Assembly (NCBI GenBank): GCA_963785725.1
Contig: CAWAWS010000020.1
Location: 288,001 to 352,000 of the forward strand
Direction of reading: 5' to 3'
DNA: 64,000 bases
From: an uncultured delta proteobacterium
GTDB taxonomy: Bacteria; Myxococcota_A; Polyangia; Palsa-1104
Below the pieces are notes generated by a model that worked only from the letters and a program-made list of their open reading frames with translations, searched no databases and was not told the origin of the DNA. Within the stretch, counting starts at the first letter, position 1; each line of letters begins with the position of its first letter. Below are positions 63,129 to 64,000 of this stretch, piece by piece. The position numbers and the translations under genes are program-made.

Positions 63129-63695
63129 TCACAAGTCGGTCCCGAGCACCTGGCTGATGGTCCGATAGCCGAGCGCGGCGTAGAAGCGCTGCGCGTCCTC
63201 GTTGCCGTCCCACACCGTCAACAGCACCTGCGTCGCGCCCTGCTGGCGCGCCCACTCGGTGGCCGCCGTCATGAGCGCGCGCCCGCAGCCGCGCCGCCGC
63301 CGCGTGCGCGCGACGATGAGCGTCTCGATGTGCCCGCGTCGCTGCGGCACCATCGTCAGCGCCACCGGCGTGTCGTAGACCTGCACGTGCAAGGCGCCGT
63401 GCACGCTGCCGCGGTCATCGCAGGCGACGAGGATGGTCTCGTGCCGGCTCTCCTCGGCGTCGCGCAGCGTGTCGACGGCGCGCTGGCGGCCGCGCTCGGG
63501 ATCGGCGCGGCGGAAGAAGGCGGGCGACAGCTTGGCGTGCAGCGCGTCCGCCTCGTGCCACAGCCGCGTCAGCGCGTCGAGATCGTCGTCCGCGGCGGCG
63601 CGCACTCGCCAGCGCCCGGCCGCGTCGGCGCGCCGCTCGACTTCGCCGTTGCCGTTGCCGGCGCCGCTGCGTACGCGCGAGCCCGAGCTACGCAC
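63129..63695 (-). CDS. GNAT family acetyltransferase
   Basis: RRRGCGRALM, NEDAQRFYAALGY. Confidence 0.88.
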   Translation of the reverse strand: MRSSGSRVRSGAGNGNGEVERRADAAGRWRVRAAADDDLDALTRLWHEADALHAKLSPAFFRRADPERGRQRAVDTLRDAEESRHETILVACDDRGSVHGALHVQVYDTPVALTMVPQRRGHIETLIVARTRRRRGCGRALMTAATEWARQQGATQVLLTVWDGNEDAQRFYAALGYRTISQVLGTDL

Positions 63696-64000
63696 CGAAC
63701 GCCTCGGACAGGAGCTTGTCGATGTCGCGGCGGCTCACCGGCTTACGCAGGAAGAAGTCGGCGCCGAGCGCGCGCGCCTGATCTTCGGTCGCCTGCGCCG
63801 ACTCGGTGGTGATGATGGCGATGCGCACGCGCTGGTCGCTCGCGGGCGGGCTCGGCTGCGCCGTCTCCGACTCGCGGACGCGCTTGATGAGCTTCATCCC
63901 GTCGAGAATCGGCATGTTCAAGTCCATGAGCAGCAGGTCGTAGTGACTCGCCGACAGGAGCTTGAGCGCGGCCAGGCCATCGCCCGCCTCCGCGACCTCG
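63688..64000 (-). CDS. CheY-like response regulator (5' end outside the window)
   Basis: EAGDGLAAL, LLLMDLNMP.LDG, IITTE, FLRKP. Confidence 0.9.
   Translation of the reverse strand, partial: EVAEAGDGLAALKLLSASHYDLLLMDLNMPILDGMKLIKRVRESETAQPSPPASDQRVRIAIITTESAQATEDQARALGADFFLRKPVSRRDIDKLLSEAFGA

Overview
High-GC (~68-70% by eye) bacterial DNA, most likely from a Myxococcota/Polyangia-type organism. This is inferred from an AgmX/PglI-type domain, a Hanks kinase-AAA-TPR protein, a multi-domain DsbA and many Cys-rich lipoproteins. Many conserved genes carry single-base frameshifts, which looks like long-read indel error. Layout: (1) 1-3.9 kb, lipoprotein/secreted cargo and a decayed tyrosine integrase abutting the 3' end of tRNA-Phe(GAA). 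(2) ~6-31.5 kb, a mosaic accessory region with AlbA and HsdR-N genes, gene remnants, a complete group 1h (high-affinity, actinobacterial-type) [NiFe]-hydrogenase cluster with hyp genes, IS66/IS481 remnants, an HTTM two-gene pair and a 161-bp MITE. (3) 31.6-64 kb, core-like genes: a thioester-less alpha-2-macroglobulin, a 12-repeat surface lipoprotein, a csp-infA-RRM cluster, a stanniocalcin-like lipoprotein, a B12-radical SAM/kinase/2OG-oxygenase run, a four-domain DsbA, aroF, glutaredoxin/TlpA, an amidohydrolase, a zincin-propeller-Omp85 protein, a GNAT and a response regulator. The best novelty candidate is a secreted, Cys-containing leader ORF ending in ...LERPPRI just upstream of the 4x DsbA, a possible arrest-peptide sensor of oxidative folding. 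Many genes also show a leaderless TAnnnT-N6-8-start architecture. All family assignments come from motif recognition only; no searches were run.
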